32,000 bases of DNA from Amoeboradix gromovi X-113 (GCA_018985225.1 JADGIF010000011.1:13167-45166); one strand, 5' to 3'; positions 19,740-30,467 are shown, numbered from the stretch's first letter. Made by a program: numbers and translations. Notes: generated by a model not told the origin, from the letters alone.

Positions 19740-20324
19740 TCTGAAATGGGGTCCCAAATGACGAATACATTGTAATGCACTCAGAAATGAGAGTGCTGTC
19801 AAGTCCTTTTCAAACTTAGCTTCTAGTACATCTTCAACTACTAGAGTATAACCCTAAAACTGTATACACATGTGGAACGTGTCCCAAGATGGCAAATACA
19901 TTATTTATTTTACATGGAGAGATTCGCTTCCAAAGTAGCTCTTGAATAGGTCCATACTGATGTAGCCAATGGTATAAATTAGTTTCAATATTGCAATCAT
20001 ACATTCCAAGGAGGTATGGAAAAACAATAAAACTTGAAAATAAATAGAAACTGAAGAGAAATGAATCTTATACCCAGTTGGAGTTGAAAACACATCACAA
20101 TCCAAGTAGATATAATCATTAGGATCGTTGATGGTATCCGCATAATCTGTATCAATCAATAATCCTTCTTTAATACGAATCCTGCAACTCTGTAATTTCC
20201 TCATACTCGATATAAAAGACAAAACATCTTCATCATGAATGTAATAAAATATATTTCGTGACTGGCTCGATGCAGAGCTGGATTGAAGATGGCCGAAATT
20301 ATTCAGATTCAAATCATGTTTCAT
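19740..20324 (-). pseudogene. Degenerate integrase (H2C2 zinc finger + rve core); includes the 139-aa ORF
   Basis: HD..NFGHL...FYY..EDVLSFISS...SC, PNDYIYLD...STPTGYK, alternative frame WLHQYGP, GSE, then YNV/SFGTPFQKM downstream. Confidence 0.6.
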
Positions 20325-20368
20325 ACTCCTTTTTTTAAATCAGTTAAGCGATGACTAAATTCAGGACA

Positions 20369-20892
20369 TGAGACACCTGCAAAAACTAGACTGACTAATT
20401 TTGCAGAAGGACCACACATTTATCTACAGTTAGGCTAACTGTTTCTATCACCGTTTCTTCTCTGCCAGTCAGGCCTTTTGCTATTTTTAGTAGATAACCT
20501 CTGCCCTGAAGGTTCGATTCATTTACTGAAACCCTATTAAACTTGTATATATGACGACAGCTAAGAGCCATTGAAATGGTATACTAAAATTTGTGTACGG
20601 TCAACTTTTAGTTCTTTCCAACGCAGTAGTAAAGAGATGATCACCAAATTATTTATTGAAAGCGCCGCCCAATATTTGCAAGGATTTAGTGTAGCTAATC
20701 ATAGTTGTTAATTTACAGTCAATAGGAATAAATTGGCAACATATTCAAGTAGCATCCTACCCGGACTAGCGTTGCTAGTTTGTCTGCGGAAATTCTCGAT
20801 TTTTCTAGGAAATCATGACTTTTAGAGGAGTAAATAAATCCTGTAATTTAATGTTTCAAATGTTTATTCCACTAGTTTTATTCAATATCTCA
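20369..20892. mobile_element. Older TG...CA element with degenerate terminal inverted repeats
   Basis: Left end TGAGACACCTGCAAAAACTAGACTGACT. Right end (reverse complement) TGAGATATTGAATAAAACTAG. Interior is homologous to 1124-1350. Confidence 0.45.
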
Positions 20893-21022
20893 GCGTGTTG
20901 AGTTACAATTTGTTTTGAAATTTGGGAATCTAGAGTGAAATCATTTAGTGATATTTGCCGTTTTAGCTATGAAAAACGATAGTTTTCCAATTTTCTCAAA
21001 ACTAAATGTCACTTTGTTTTAT

Positions 21023-21571
21023 ATGGATAGAATTAATTTCTTTATTGAGCAATATAAAACAGAAGATATTACTATAAATAACAGATTGTATTGTTACAAT
21101 CCTGAATACATCCCAAGTATTGGAGAGTTTACCGATTTGAAAGTAGATCCACCTCAAAAAATTAACAGAAAAGAACCTACAACCAAACCAATGAACACCA
21201 CAATCCTGCAGTACCAGCTGAAGAACAAAACGAAATATGCTCAAGTTCAGACTCACTTTGCATCCGACTCTCGTGAAATTGCTCAATTTGTGAACGATTC
21301 TTCTCACCTTTCTAATAACTCGGCTGTGGTGTTTGGGAGAAATATCCCAGATGAAGAATCTCTACTTTCTGCCTGGAATCGTGAAATAGAACAATTTCTG
21401 TCCTTAAACAGACTTAAACTAGATACGGATTTGGAGTTAAATGAAGTTTGTGAGGTGGCTTTCGCCTTGCTTGGAATACCTTTTGATTCTAATAATCGTA
21501 GTAAAATTGAAGGACTCTATGCTTTATTTAACTTGTACAGTGATTTTACACAGTTGGATCATTTTAAATAA
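21023..21571 (+). CDS. IFT46: Intraflagellar transport protein 46 (divergent)
   Basis: PEYIPSIGE, EPTTK, PDEESLLSAW, ALLGIP, IEGLYALFNLYSDFTQLDHF match IFT46 blocks (PDFIPAVGD, PDIDxLMQEW, LDIP, LHxLFSLYSEF..SQHF). Start is ATG 21023 or 20969. Confidence 0.85.
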   Translation: MDRINFFIEQYKTEDITINNRLYCYNPEYIPSIGEFTDLKVDPPQKINRKEPTTKPMNTTILQYQLKNKTKYAQVQTHFASDSREIAQFVNDSSHLSNNSAVVFGRNIPDEESLLSAWNREIEQFLSLNRLKLDTDLELNEVCEVAFALLGIPFDSNNRSKIEGLYALFNLYSDFTQLDHFK

Positions 21572-21612
21572 TAAAGAAACTTACCCCAAGTCTTTGCAAA
21601 ATTGGTTTATTG

Positions 21613-23979
21613 TTAATATTTCCACTCTGAAGTTACAGCTAGCGCCCATTTAAATTTCTCTTTCAACGACTTATTCATCATCTTTTCAATAGGAACATCA
21701 TACTTTTTGCACCACGCAACTGTAATTCTTGGATCTATATAGTTCAATTTACTGGTTCCCAAGGCAGTTGTCTTCCCTTCGTCTTTATCCAGCAAAGTCG
21801 TTTGCGTTTTTTCAATCTTTTCTTTGAGTCTATCAAATTCCTTTAACAATTGCTCTTCTGTTTTTTCGATCTTAGCTTTAGGAGTTTTGCTTATCTTAAA
21901 TTCTTCAAACGCTAAAAATTCTTTTTCTGTCTCTTTACATTTCTCTACATGCTTTTCATACTGTGCTACCAATTTTTTAGCCAACAACTCTTTGTTAAGT
22001 TCTAGATGCTCTTGAATCCACTCTGAAGTTAGTTTTTCTTGCAGTTCCTTGTTGATATCTAGTTTCCTGTCCTTTAAGATGCCTTGTATTTCGACTTGTT
22101 CTAAACAATAACCCAGCAGTTTATTATTCATTTTCTTCATTAATCCGTCGTGTCCTTTACTTACACTTTTCTGATGATTACATAAGATAGCTACTTGTCT
22201 GTTGCTTCTGTTATATGCTAATATTTTTTCGTTAATACTAGCATCCTTTGGAGTATTCTGCAATTCGTTAGCAAAAGTAAATGAAGCATTAAAAGTTCGA
22301 AACACCTTCGCAGTTAAACCAGGCATTAAGCCTTGTAAATGTTTATTTAAGGAAGTTGTAGTCAACTTATCAAAGAGATCATCGTTGGCACTTTTATTCA
22401 AAGTCAAGTGCTTGACATTTTGATAAATCACTAATGGCACAGTAACTTCGTTGTAATATCTGATACTGTCTTTTCCCAAAAAGTCAAACACAATGCAATC
22501 TGGATCTTTAAAGTCTACATGCTCGACTCTCAGCGAACAACAGCCAACAGTGTCTGCCTCATCATCCCCTTTCTCATTCCCAGCCCTTAATGCTAGCTCG
22601 TCAATGAAATACAAAGCAGTTGCACGTTGCATTATTTCTTCATCATTGCTTTTCAAGTGCATCGTGTAAGTCTTCCTAATACTGTTTATAATTTTAGATA
22701 GTTCTCTACTTTTTTCAAATTTCTTTAAATCGCTCATACTTTTCCACAATGAACCATGGCTAAGAAATACATATTTGAAGTTGCCGTTTATATTCTCTTT
22801 CCACATTGCAAGCCACGTAACATTAGGATTATGGACAACCTCCTTCCAAGGTAAATTGTAGGGGTTCTTAGGCACAGGAGCGCCTTTACTAATGTTTATT
22901 ACAACATCACCAGGCATTAATCTCTTCTTCAGTTTTCCGGTCTTAGGGTGCTTTCCTCTTCCTCTGAACAGTCCAGGGGGTTCTAGTCTAAAATTGCCAA
23001 TTTTTTCTTTTCTTCCGTTTATAATTGCGTACCCGTATTTCTTCTCGATTTCTAATTTTTCCTGTTTGATCGCTAGCTTTTCTTCTTTTGACATCGACTT
23101 TCGTTGAATCTTTAATTCTTCCAAATAGTCATAAATTTGGGTGAAATCACACTCGCTAAATGACTTAATTACATCATGCCCATCCTGTTTACATACGCTT
23201 TTAAAATCACTAAAAAAGTTGGCACAAAACACGGGATTAGACTCATAATCAGTGCCAATGACACCTGCAAAGAACGTAGCAATTTCCTCGGACAGAGGTT
23301 TCAAACTTACTTTATTCCCAGCATAGATGAGAGGAATGCCATGTGGTATGTACTCTGGTGGGAAATACACACCTTGATGCTCCAAAGTTTGCCATTTTAC
23401 GTCCCCGTCTTCCTCCAGCAATTGATCAATGTCCATTCCATCAGATTCCACGTCAGGCTCCTTTTTAACCCTCTTATTTGTTTTATTCCCAGCAGAGCCA
23501 GACTCAGCTCTTTTTCTAGACACTGATGACGATTCTTCAGTTGACTTGGATGCTTTTTTTAACCTTCGAGTGACTCCTTTCTTCGAAGTTTTAATAGACG
23601 TGTCATCAGACTCCATATCTACCGTTTTCTTGGATTTGCGAGATTTCAATGGTTTGCTTTCTCTGGTCGAGATGTCGGTATTGTTTTGAAATTCATCAGA
23701 CAGATTTGACTCCAACTTAAACTTGTTTCGCTTAGGTGACTCATCATTTGCAGCAGAATTCGAACCAAATTCATTTCTGTATTCGATATTTGGAGTTTTG
23801 CCACTCTTAGAAGATTTTTTCCTCGATTTTGACGATTTTCTTCTAAATATTATTTCATCGTCTGAATCAGAAGAGTCGCTTTCCTTATACGTTGCAAAAT
23901 TTTTAGTAGAAACCCTTTGAATTGGAATTTCCATATCCAGTGAATTTTTGGAGTTATTAATTATTGATGGGTTGCTCAT
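21613..23979 (-). CDS. TOP1: DNA topoisomerase IB
   Basis: KWQTLEH, EPPGLFRGRG, LRAGNEK, ADTVGCCSLRVEH, GTSKLNYIDPR with the catalytic Tyr. Confidence 0.97.
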   Translation of the reverse strand: MSNPSIINNSKNSLDMEIPIQRVSTKNFATYKESDSSDSDDEIIFRRKSSKSRKKSSKSGKTPNIEYRNEFGSNSAANDESPKRNKFKLESNLSDEFQNNTDISTRESKPLKSRKSKKTVDMESDDTSIKTSKKGVTRRLKKASKSTEESSSVSRKRAESGSAGNKTNKRVKKEPDVESDGMDIDQLLEEDGDVKWQTLEHQGVYFPPEYIPHGIPLIYAGNKVSLKPLSEEIATFFAGVIGTDYESNPVFCANFFSDFKSVCKQDGHDVIKSFSECDFTQIYDYLEELKIQRKSMSKEEKLAIKQEKLEIEKKYGYAIINGRKEKIGNFRLEPPGLFRGRGKHPKTGKLKKRLMPGDVVINISKGAPVPKNPYNLPWKEVVHNPNVTWLAMWKENINGNFKYVFLSHGSLWKSMSDLKKFEKSRELSKIINSIRKTYTMHLKSNDEEIMQRATALYFIDELALRAGNEKGDDEADTVGCCSLRVEHVDFKDPDCIVFDFLGKDSIRYYNEVTVPLVIYQNVKHLTLNKSANDDLFDKLTTTSLNKHLQGLMPGLTAKVFRTFNASFTFANELQNTPKDASINEKILAYNRSNRQVAILCNHQKSVSKGHDGLMKKMNNKLLGYCLEQVEIQGILKDRKLDINKELQEKLTSEWIQEHLELNKELLAKKLVAQYEKHVEKCKETEKEFLAFEEFKISKTPKAKIEKTEEQLLKEFDRLKEKIEKTQTTLLDKDEGKTTALGTSKLNYIDPRITVAWCKKYDVPIEKMMNKSLKEKFKWALAVTSEWKY

Positions 23980-24869
23980 ATTAGTTTCAAAAATTTGATG
24001 CTTGAAGAAATGTTTGGCTCATTAGAACTGCATATATAGCTCTCGGTTTCAACTGAATAAATCATTTATCATGATTATATGAGCTACATCGCTAAAGTAG
24101 ACTCACCTTCTACACTTTTACGGCTGCATAGAAACTCGAGAATCCCTCATTTTATCGGTTGCAGATGGTTCCAGGGCTCGCATTCAAGAATACGTTAAAC
24201 TTGAAAAGATCGCTGATAAGCAGCAAAAGTACGCTTTGTCGTTTGGGAGCTGTCTCAATAACAGAAAGATGTTGTTTCATTTTATGTGTATCTTTGTGCT
24301 CTGGAGCAAATATGGCAAAGAATTGTGAAAGACCCTTAGGATGAAATTCAAAAAAGAAATGAGGATGTTTATTCCACTGAGAGAAATCTTGACTAATGCG
24401 GAAACCGGTCTCTTATTTTTATCCGCTAAGTGATGTTTATCCAATTATTTCAAGACTCTATAAACAAGGATGCATCAAGAGTTTATGCGTTTGCAGTCGT
24501 CACGGTAATTAGAAAATGATGAAAAGGGACCGTCTTGACTTATCAACTGCTGTAGAGAATTTGAATAAAAACTTGACGAACTCTGGACGTGCAATATGAG
24601 TGGCAATGAAGAAAAATATCTTGGAGAAACATGCACAAGTTGCCATTTTGAAGCTCTTAGAGACCACTTGCTAATGTGTGATCTTGTTCAATCCGCCTCA
24701 GGGTAATGGAAGCGACAGCACCTCCTGTTGCGAATTTACTGGCTTTGTGAACTTTTCTGTGGAATGCTTGATTTTTAGAAAATTAGGGCTTATGGGAGGA
24801 TATGCTAGCATAGGAAGAATGATATTATTTATTCAAATGTTAATTGACAGCAAATGTTTATTAATAAGT

Positions 24870-25280
24870 TTAATCTTCAGCAGCCATAGGATCGTCCTCT
24901 GGAAGTATTGACCGAATAAACTCTTGCAGTTCTAGTATTCTCATTCGTATGGCTTCCAGCATTTCAACAGTTGGATCTGATGGTGGATTATGAATGTTGA
25001 TCATGTCGCCGTTATCTAATATTATTGTAGGCTGTAAAATATGATCTGGTATTTCAACGCACTTAACTTTTGAAAGCTCTTTCTCCAAAGCTAGCCTCCG
25101 ATATTTAGCCCGGCGGTTGTTAAACCAAATCCTAATCTTATCACGATGAACATCGTATTTTTCACTCAATTGAGATATTAATTCAGTATCGGGTGTTCCA
25201 TTTGTAGACTGAAATACTCTTTCCAACTGTCTAATAACCTCGTCAGGTAACTTATTCCTTTTCTTTCGGCTGTCCAGCAT
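24870..25280 (-). CDS. Homeodomain protein
   Basis: RKKRNKL...QLERVF...P...IRIWFNNRRAKYRR. Confidence 0.88.
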   Translation of the reverse strand: MLDSRKKRNKLPDEVIRQLERVFQSTNGTPDTELISQLSEKYDVHRDKIRIWFNNRRAKYRRLALEKELSKVKCVEIPDHILQPTIILDNGDMINIHNPPSDPTVEMLEAIRMRILELQEFIRSILPEDDPMAAED

Positions 25281-25450
25281 CAAGTTTCAGGGGTAGAGGC
25301 ATGCCAATTACACGTGCTTTTTGGTGTAATCCAAATTAACGAAATTTTAAGGCTACAAATTTGAAGAAATCAAGTTTATTACTTAACGCATATTTTTAAT
25401 TTCTTGTACTGTGTCGTTTTAATCGAAACACAAAGCGGGCCCAGGAGTAA

Positions 25451-26365
25451 ATGTTGTTGCGAATGGGGAAGGTGATGGCATCACAAATTGCGGACGCTTA
25501 TTTATTGGAGCTCACTGAGCAGGTAGCGAAATTACCGCTAAAGCCCGTCTTGGTTGGTGTGCTTGCTAACTCTGATCCCGCTGCTGCAACCTACGCCAAA
25601 TGGACATCAACTGCTTGTAAAAAAGTTGGAATCGATTTTAAATTGATAGAGACAAACAAAAACAATTTAGAAGATGAAATCATAGCTCTTAATTGCCAAG
25701 AATCTGTAAATGGGATCATGATTTATTATCCAGTTTTTGGAACATCTCAGGATCATTACTTACAATCAACAATATCACCTCTAAAAGATGTAGAAGGGCT
25801 ATGCCAAACATTTAGATTTAACATGTACAATAACATTAGGTTTTTTGATGACGCGCAGAGTAAAAAGTGTGTACTGCCTTGCACACCTTTGGCTATTATT
25901 AAAGTTTTAGAATATCTACGTTGTTATAATCCCATACTTCCTGAGGGTGACAGACTGCATGGGAAAACAATAACAGTGATAAACAGAAGTGAAATTGTTG
26001 GTCGTCCACTGGCCGCGCTTCTAGCGAATGACGGTGCCAAAGTATATAGTGTCGATGTTAGCGATATCCAAGAATTTAGTAGAGGTGTTGGAATCAAAAA
26101 CAAAATTCACGCTACCCAAAAAACGCCGCTATCGCTTACTGAGTGTCTTAATCTAAGCGATGCGGTTATATCTGGCGTTCCGACCAAGTCTTACAAAGTA
26201 CCAACTGGATCTCTTAAAGATGGACTTATCGCTATAAATTTCAGCACTTTTCAAAATTTTGAAGAGACCATAGCTGAAAAAGCGAGTCTTTTCGTACCAT
26301 CTGTTGGTAAAGTTACTGTCGCAATGCTTCAAAGAAATCTGCTTAGATTGACTATGTATCAATAA
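25451..26365 (+). CDS. MTD1: NAD-dependent methylenetetrahydrofolate dehydrogenase (monofunctional, Mtd1 type)
   Basis: GIMIYYPVFG, KDVEGL, LPCTPLAIIKVLEYL, INRSEIVGRPLAALLANDGA, VGKVTVAML.RNL. Confidence 0.92.
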   Translation: MLLRMGKVMASQIADAYLLELTEQVAKLPLKPVLVGVLANSDPAAATYAKWTSTACKKVGIDFKLIETNKNNLEDEIIALNCQESVNGIMIYYPVFGTSQDHYLQSTISPLKDVEGLCQTFRFNMYNNIRFFDDAQSKKCVLPCTPLAIIKVLEYLRCYNPILPEGDRLHGKTITVINRSEIVGRPLAALLANDGAKVYSVDVSDIQEFSRGVGIKNKIHATQKTPLSLTECLNLSDAVISGVPTKSYKVPTGSLKDGLIAINFSTFQNFEETIAEKASLFVPSVGKVTVAMLQRNLLRLTMYQ

Positions 26366-26415
26366 ATCAGAATTACTTTAATCACTATTACTTTAATGAA
26401 TTTCAAGCATCCAAT

Positions 26416-27774
26416 ATGAAACATTACGCAATAATAGAGGAAATTGGTTCAGGTAGTTATGGAACAGTATTCAAGGCAGTAGACAATGAAAACGGTACTC
26501 TGGTAGCACTAAAACAAGTAACTATGGAGGACGAATCCATTATGAAAGAAATAGAATTTATGAAATCCTGTAACAATGAGTACATAATAGGATTAGATAA
26601 TTACTATACAGAGGATGATGTGCTATACATAGCCATGGAATTTTGCCCTGCTGGAAGTATTGCGGATGTTATGAAATATACGGAAAAAACTCTTGTTGAG
26701 AAACAACTTCAAAGCGTTTTGAGAGACGCTCTTCATGGTTTAAATTATTTACACAAACGGCTTGCTATTCATAGGGATATCAAAGCTGGTAACTTGTTAC
26801 TTAATCGTCAAGGCCGTGTCAAACTTGGTGATTTCGGCGTGTCTGCAAATTTATCGGATGCTGTCCGCAAGAGGAATACAGTCATTGGTACACCGTATTG
26901 GATGGCTCCTGAAATAATACAGGAGATCGGTTATAATACTTCTGCTGATATATGGTCTTTAGGAATTACTGCGATTGAATGCGCGGATGGTAAACCGCCA
27001 TATCACCATATTCACCCCATGCGAGCCATATTTATGATACCTAATAAACCATCCCCAACCGTTAGTGAGCCAAGCAAATGGTCAACAATTTGCAACTCAT
27101 TTATTTCGCAGTGTCTGAACAAAAGTCCTGATACGCGGCCTACTGCAGAAACATTGTTAAAACATGAGTTTATACAGTCTGCTCCTGATTCATCTATTTT
27201 GTTAGAGCTGGTTCAATTGTCCCTCGAGTTGAAATCCAAAAAAAAATCAGATTTGGAAAAAGGTGGCCAAGAAATTGTTGAGCGATTGGAGGAGTTGCAC
27301 AATGGCACGGTTAAACAATCTTTCTCACTGGGAACTACTGTATATAAACCTAATGACCAATATGACTCCGGTACCACTGTATTTAATTCCACAATAAAAG
27401 CTACAACTAGCTCTGAAAATGATGACGATTGGTCTAAAACGGTTAAGCCTGCTAGGAAGATTATTGATTCTCAATTCAAAACCATAAGGCCTAACAATGA
27501 TATAATCGATGTACTGTAATTACTTACTTAGAGTCACTTATTGCCAACAACTCAAAAGATGATACCGGAGCTGTTAAGTAGTCTAGAACAAATGAGTAAG
27601 AATGAGATGGAAGAATATTTGAGAGTTGCTGACAGAAACATGGAAAAAGAATTGTCACAAATTAGAGAAAAATTTGAAGAGAAGAAGGAACCAATAGTTG
27701 CAAATATTCGGAAAAAAGAAGAAGTCAAGAAACAAAAACTTTTCAATGTTTCTTATATAGAAAAGAATGAATAA
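26416..27774 (+). CDS. Ste20-family MST1/2 (Hippo)-like kinase with C-terminal SARAH domain; exons 26416-27510 and 27532-27774
   Basis: KRNTVIGTPYWMAPEIIQEIGY, IHPMRAIFMIP. The second exon carries MEKELSQIREKFEEKKEPIVANI (SARAH pattern). Confidence 0.88.
27511..27531 (+). other. 21-nt spliceosomal intron
   Basis: GTACTGTAATTACTTACTTAG contains two in-frame stops. Removal fuses kinase and SARAH in frame. Confidence 0.75.
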
Positions 27775-27828
27775 ATGCTAATTTCGTCTTGAATTCCAAT
27801 TATTTTATTCATTTCCATTCCGTGAAAC

Positions 27829-29898
27829 ATGGCAAAGCCTTCTTCTCAATTGGTTTTGCTGATTTTGCTTCTAATCTGGGTATGCGCATTCTCATCCAGA
27901 TTGTTCTCTGTAGTTAGGTTCGAAAGCATTATTCATGAATTTGATCCTTGGTTTAATTATAGAAGTACTATCAAACTTGTACAAGACGGATTTTATAATT
28001 TTCTTAATTGGTTTGATGAGCGAAGTTGGTATCCACTAGGCAGAGTTGTAGGCGGTACAGTGTACCCTGGACTAATGTTTACTTCCGGTGTATTTCACCA
28101 TTTTCTAAATTCTATTCTACATGTTCCGATCGATATCCGTGAGATCTGTGTTTTTTTGGCTCCGATATTTAGCGGATTGACTGCACTTTCAGTATTTCTA
28201 CTAGCAAAAGAGCTGAAAGATACTACTTCTGGATTATTTGCTGCTGCCTTCATTGGAATTGCACCTGGTTACATATCTCGTAGTGTAGCAGGTTCATATG
28301 ACAACGAGGCTATAGCTATATTCTTGTTGATGTTTACTTTTTATTTATGGGTCAAGGCATGCAAAACAGGTTCTATGGTCATGGGAATGTTTACAAGTTT
28401 AAGCTATTTCTACATGGTGTCTGCGTGGGGCGGATATGTATTTATAACCAATATGATTCCATTACATGTGTTCTGTTTATTGCTGATGAACAGGTATTCA
28501 ACTAAACTATACAAGGCATATTGTACTTATTATATTATTGGATTAATAGCTAGCATGCAAATACCATTTGTAGGATTCATTCCTATCAAATCCAACGAAC
28601 ACATGGCCCCTTTAGGCGTTTTTGGACTTATGCAATTGTTAGGTGCTGCTCATTTTTTAAAAAACCATGTTAGAATGACAGAAACCAAACGTAGATTAGT
28701 AATTGTCGGATTGTTTGGTGCAGCATTTGCAGTTCTTATTGCATTAACTTTGAAAGGTAAAATTGCACCATGGACTGGTAGATTTTATAGTTTGTTTGAT
28801 ACTACTTACGCCAAGAAGCATATTCCAATCATTGCCAGCGTTAGTGAACATCAGCCGCCTGCATGGGGTTCATTCTTTTTTGATTTGCACTTTACAATTG
28901 CTTTGTTGCCTTGTGGATTGTTTTGGATGTTCAAGAATCCTATTAAAGACGAGCACGTATTTGTAATTGTATACGCGTTGCTGGGTAGCTATTTCAGTGG
29001 TGTGATGATCAGGCTAATGCTAACCCTGACCCCAATTGTATGTATATGTGCTGCAATTGGTATTAGCTCATTGCTACAGCAACTTAATAAGGTTAAACAG
29101 AAAGATATCCAGCTGACTGGATATTTTGTAATTCTGATGTTAATGTTCCATTTCGTTCAACATAGCACGTGGGTAACGAGCAATGCGTATAGTTCACCGA
29201 GCGTCGTCTTGGCTAGCCGTAATAACAAGGGGGAACCCATGATTATTGATGATTTTAGGGAGGCCTATTACTGGATCAATAAGAACACAAACGAAGACGA
29301 TAAGATAGCATCATGGTGGGATTATGGTTATCAAATCGCAGGATTTAGCAACCGAACAGTATTGGTTGATAATAATACCTGGAATAACTCCCACATTGCA
29401 ACTGTGGGACTAGCAATGGCTAGTAGTGAGAGTGACGCATATCCTATTCTACACAAGCATGACGTAGAATATCTGTTAGTTATATTTGGAGGAATGATAG
29501 GATACAATGGAGATGATATAAACAAGTTTTTGTGGATGATAAGAATAGGAGAAGGGGTTTACCCGGAGCATGTGCATGAAAGAGATTTCTTCACTAAAAG
29601 AGGAGAATACAGAATAGATGATGAGGCTTCCAGCACTATGAAGAAATCAATAATGTTTAAAATGAGTTACTACCGATACCAGGACGTAATGGGAGGCAGA
29701 GCAATGGATTATGTAAGAAGAACACCAACGGTAACCAAACCTATAAGATTAAGTGTTTTGGAGGAAGCATTTACCAGTGAGAATTGGATAGTAAGGGTTT
29801 TTAAGGTAAAGAAACCTGATTTTCTAGGAAGAAAGTTGCAAGAAGCAAAGGCTTTTGATGCAGGTCGACGAAGAACCAAGTTAAAAAAGAGTAAATGA
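27829..29898 (+). CDS. STT3: Oligosaccharyltransferase catalytic subunit STT3
   Basis: IIHEFDPWFN, SVAGSYDNE, SVSEHQP, WWDYG, DNNTWNN, DINKFLWM. Confidence 0.97.
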   Translation: MAKPSSQLVLLILLLIWVCAFSSRLFSVVRFESIIHEFDPWFNYRSTIKLVQDGFYNFLNWFDERSWYPLGRVVGGTVYPGLMFTSGVFHHFLNSILHVPIDIREICVFLAPIFSGLTALSVFLLAKELKDTTSGLFAAAFIGIAPGYISRSVAGSYDNEAIAIFLLMFTFYLWVKACKTGSMVMGMFTSLSYFYMVSAWGGYVFITNMIPLHVFCLLLMNRYSTKLYKAYCTYYIIGLIASMQIPFVGFIPIKSNEHMAPLGVFGLMQLLGAAHFLKNHVRMTETKRRLVIVGLFGAAFAVLIALTLKGKIAPWTGRFYSLFDTTYAKKHIPIIASVSEHQPPAWGSFFFDLHFTIALLPCGLFWMFKNPIKDEHVFVIVYALLGSYFSGVMIRLMLTLTPIVCICAAIGISSLLQQLNKVKQKDIQLTGYFVILMLMFHFVQHSTWVTSNAYSSPSVVLASRNNKGEPMIIDDFREAYYWINKNTNEDDKIASWWDYGYQIAGFSNRTVLVDNNTWNNSHIATVGLAMASSESDAYPILHKHDVEYLLVIFGGMIGYNGDDINKFLWMIRIGEGVYPEHVHERDFFTKRGEYRIDDEASSTMKKSIMFKMSYYRYQDVMGGRAMDYVRRTPTVTKPIRLSVLEEAFTSENWIVRVFKVKKPDFLGRKLQEAKAFDAGRRRTKLKKSK

Positions 29899-30086
29899 GT
29901 AGAATTTATTTCATTTGTAACTTACCTAGCTTAACTAAGTTCTGCAATTCATAAATTTTCTTTAACAAGGTGTATTATAATGTTCAATACTGTGCGACAT
30001 TGAACAAATTTATAATACTTCATGTCTCCTCCTGCTCCAACCTTTCATGTCGCAATTAATTAGATTAGCTAGGTTGAAACATTTGA

Positions 30087-30467
30087 ATGGACACTCTTCC
30101 ACCGTTGAACCGAAGGCGTATTTGGTGTCAAGATACTTTGGAAACATGCAGAAGTGTTTGTAATCCTACTACTGACATTACTTGTAATGAGGGAACCTTA
30201 AACTACACTTGCCCTTGCGATATAAGCAAACAACCCAAAAGCATTGATATTTATGCATGTGGGTACCAAGTAGATGTTTGCAAGAGCAATTGTTCTAAAA
30301 ATGATACTGTATGTATTAACTATTGTGAATCCAAAAGATGTTTACCCCAGGTAGTAATTACTCAGAAACCTGGGAACGGTAAGACGCCAGGTATTGAAAT
30401 GGATGCTTCAGCTAATACATTATCTCTAATTCTAGTAATAATGGTTGTCTTACAAGTAAATTTTTAA
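30087..30467 (+). CDS. Small cysteine-rich protein with hydrophobic C-terminus (possible GPI or tail anchor)
   Basis: 126 aa, 12 Cys in two modules, C-terminal ASANTLSLILVIMVVLQVNF. Confidence 0.6.
   Translation: MDTLPPLNRRRIWCQDTLETCRSVCNPTTDITCNEGTLNYTCPCDISKQPKSIDIYACGYQVDVCKSNCSKNDTVCINYCESKRCLPQVVITQKPGNGKTPGIEMDASANTLSLILVIMVVLQVNF

Noticed and set aside
24000-24800. Possible further transposon remnant between TOP1 and the homeobox gene
   Set aside because: It looks like decayed coding DNA, but the motif evidence (SPxxLLxG-like) is too weak.
27517-27531. TAA/TAG reassignment to Gln (as in some aphelids) to explain the kinase-SARAH fusion
   Set aside because: Long conserved genes contain no internal TAA/TAG and end at TAA in the expected places. 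A GT-AG intron explains the fusion.
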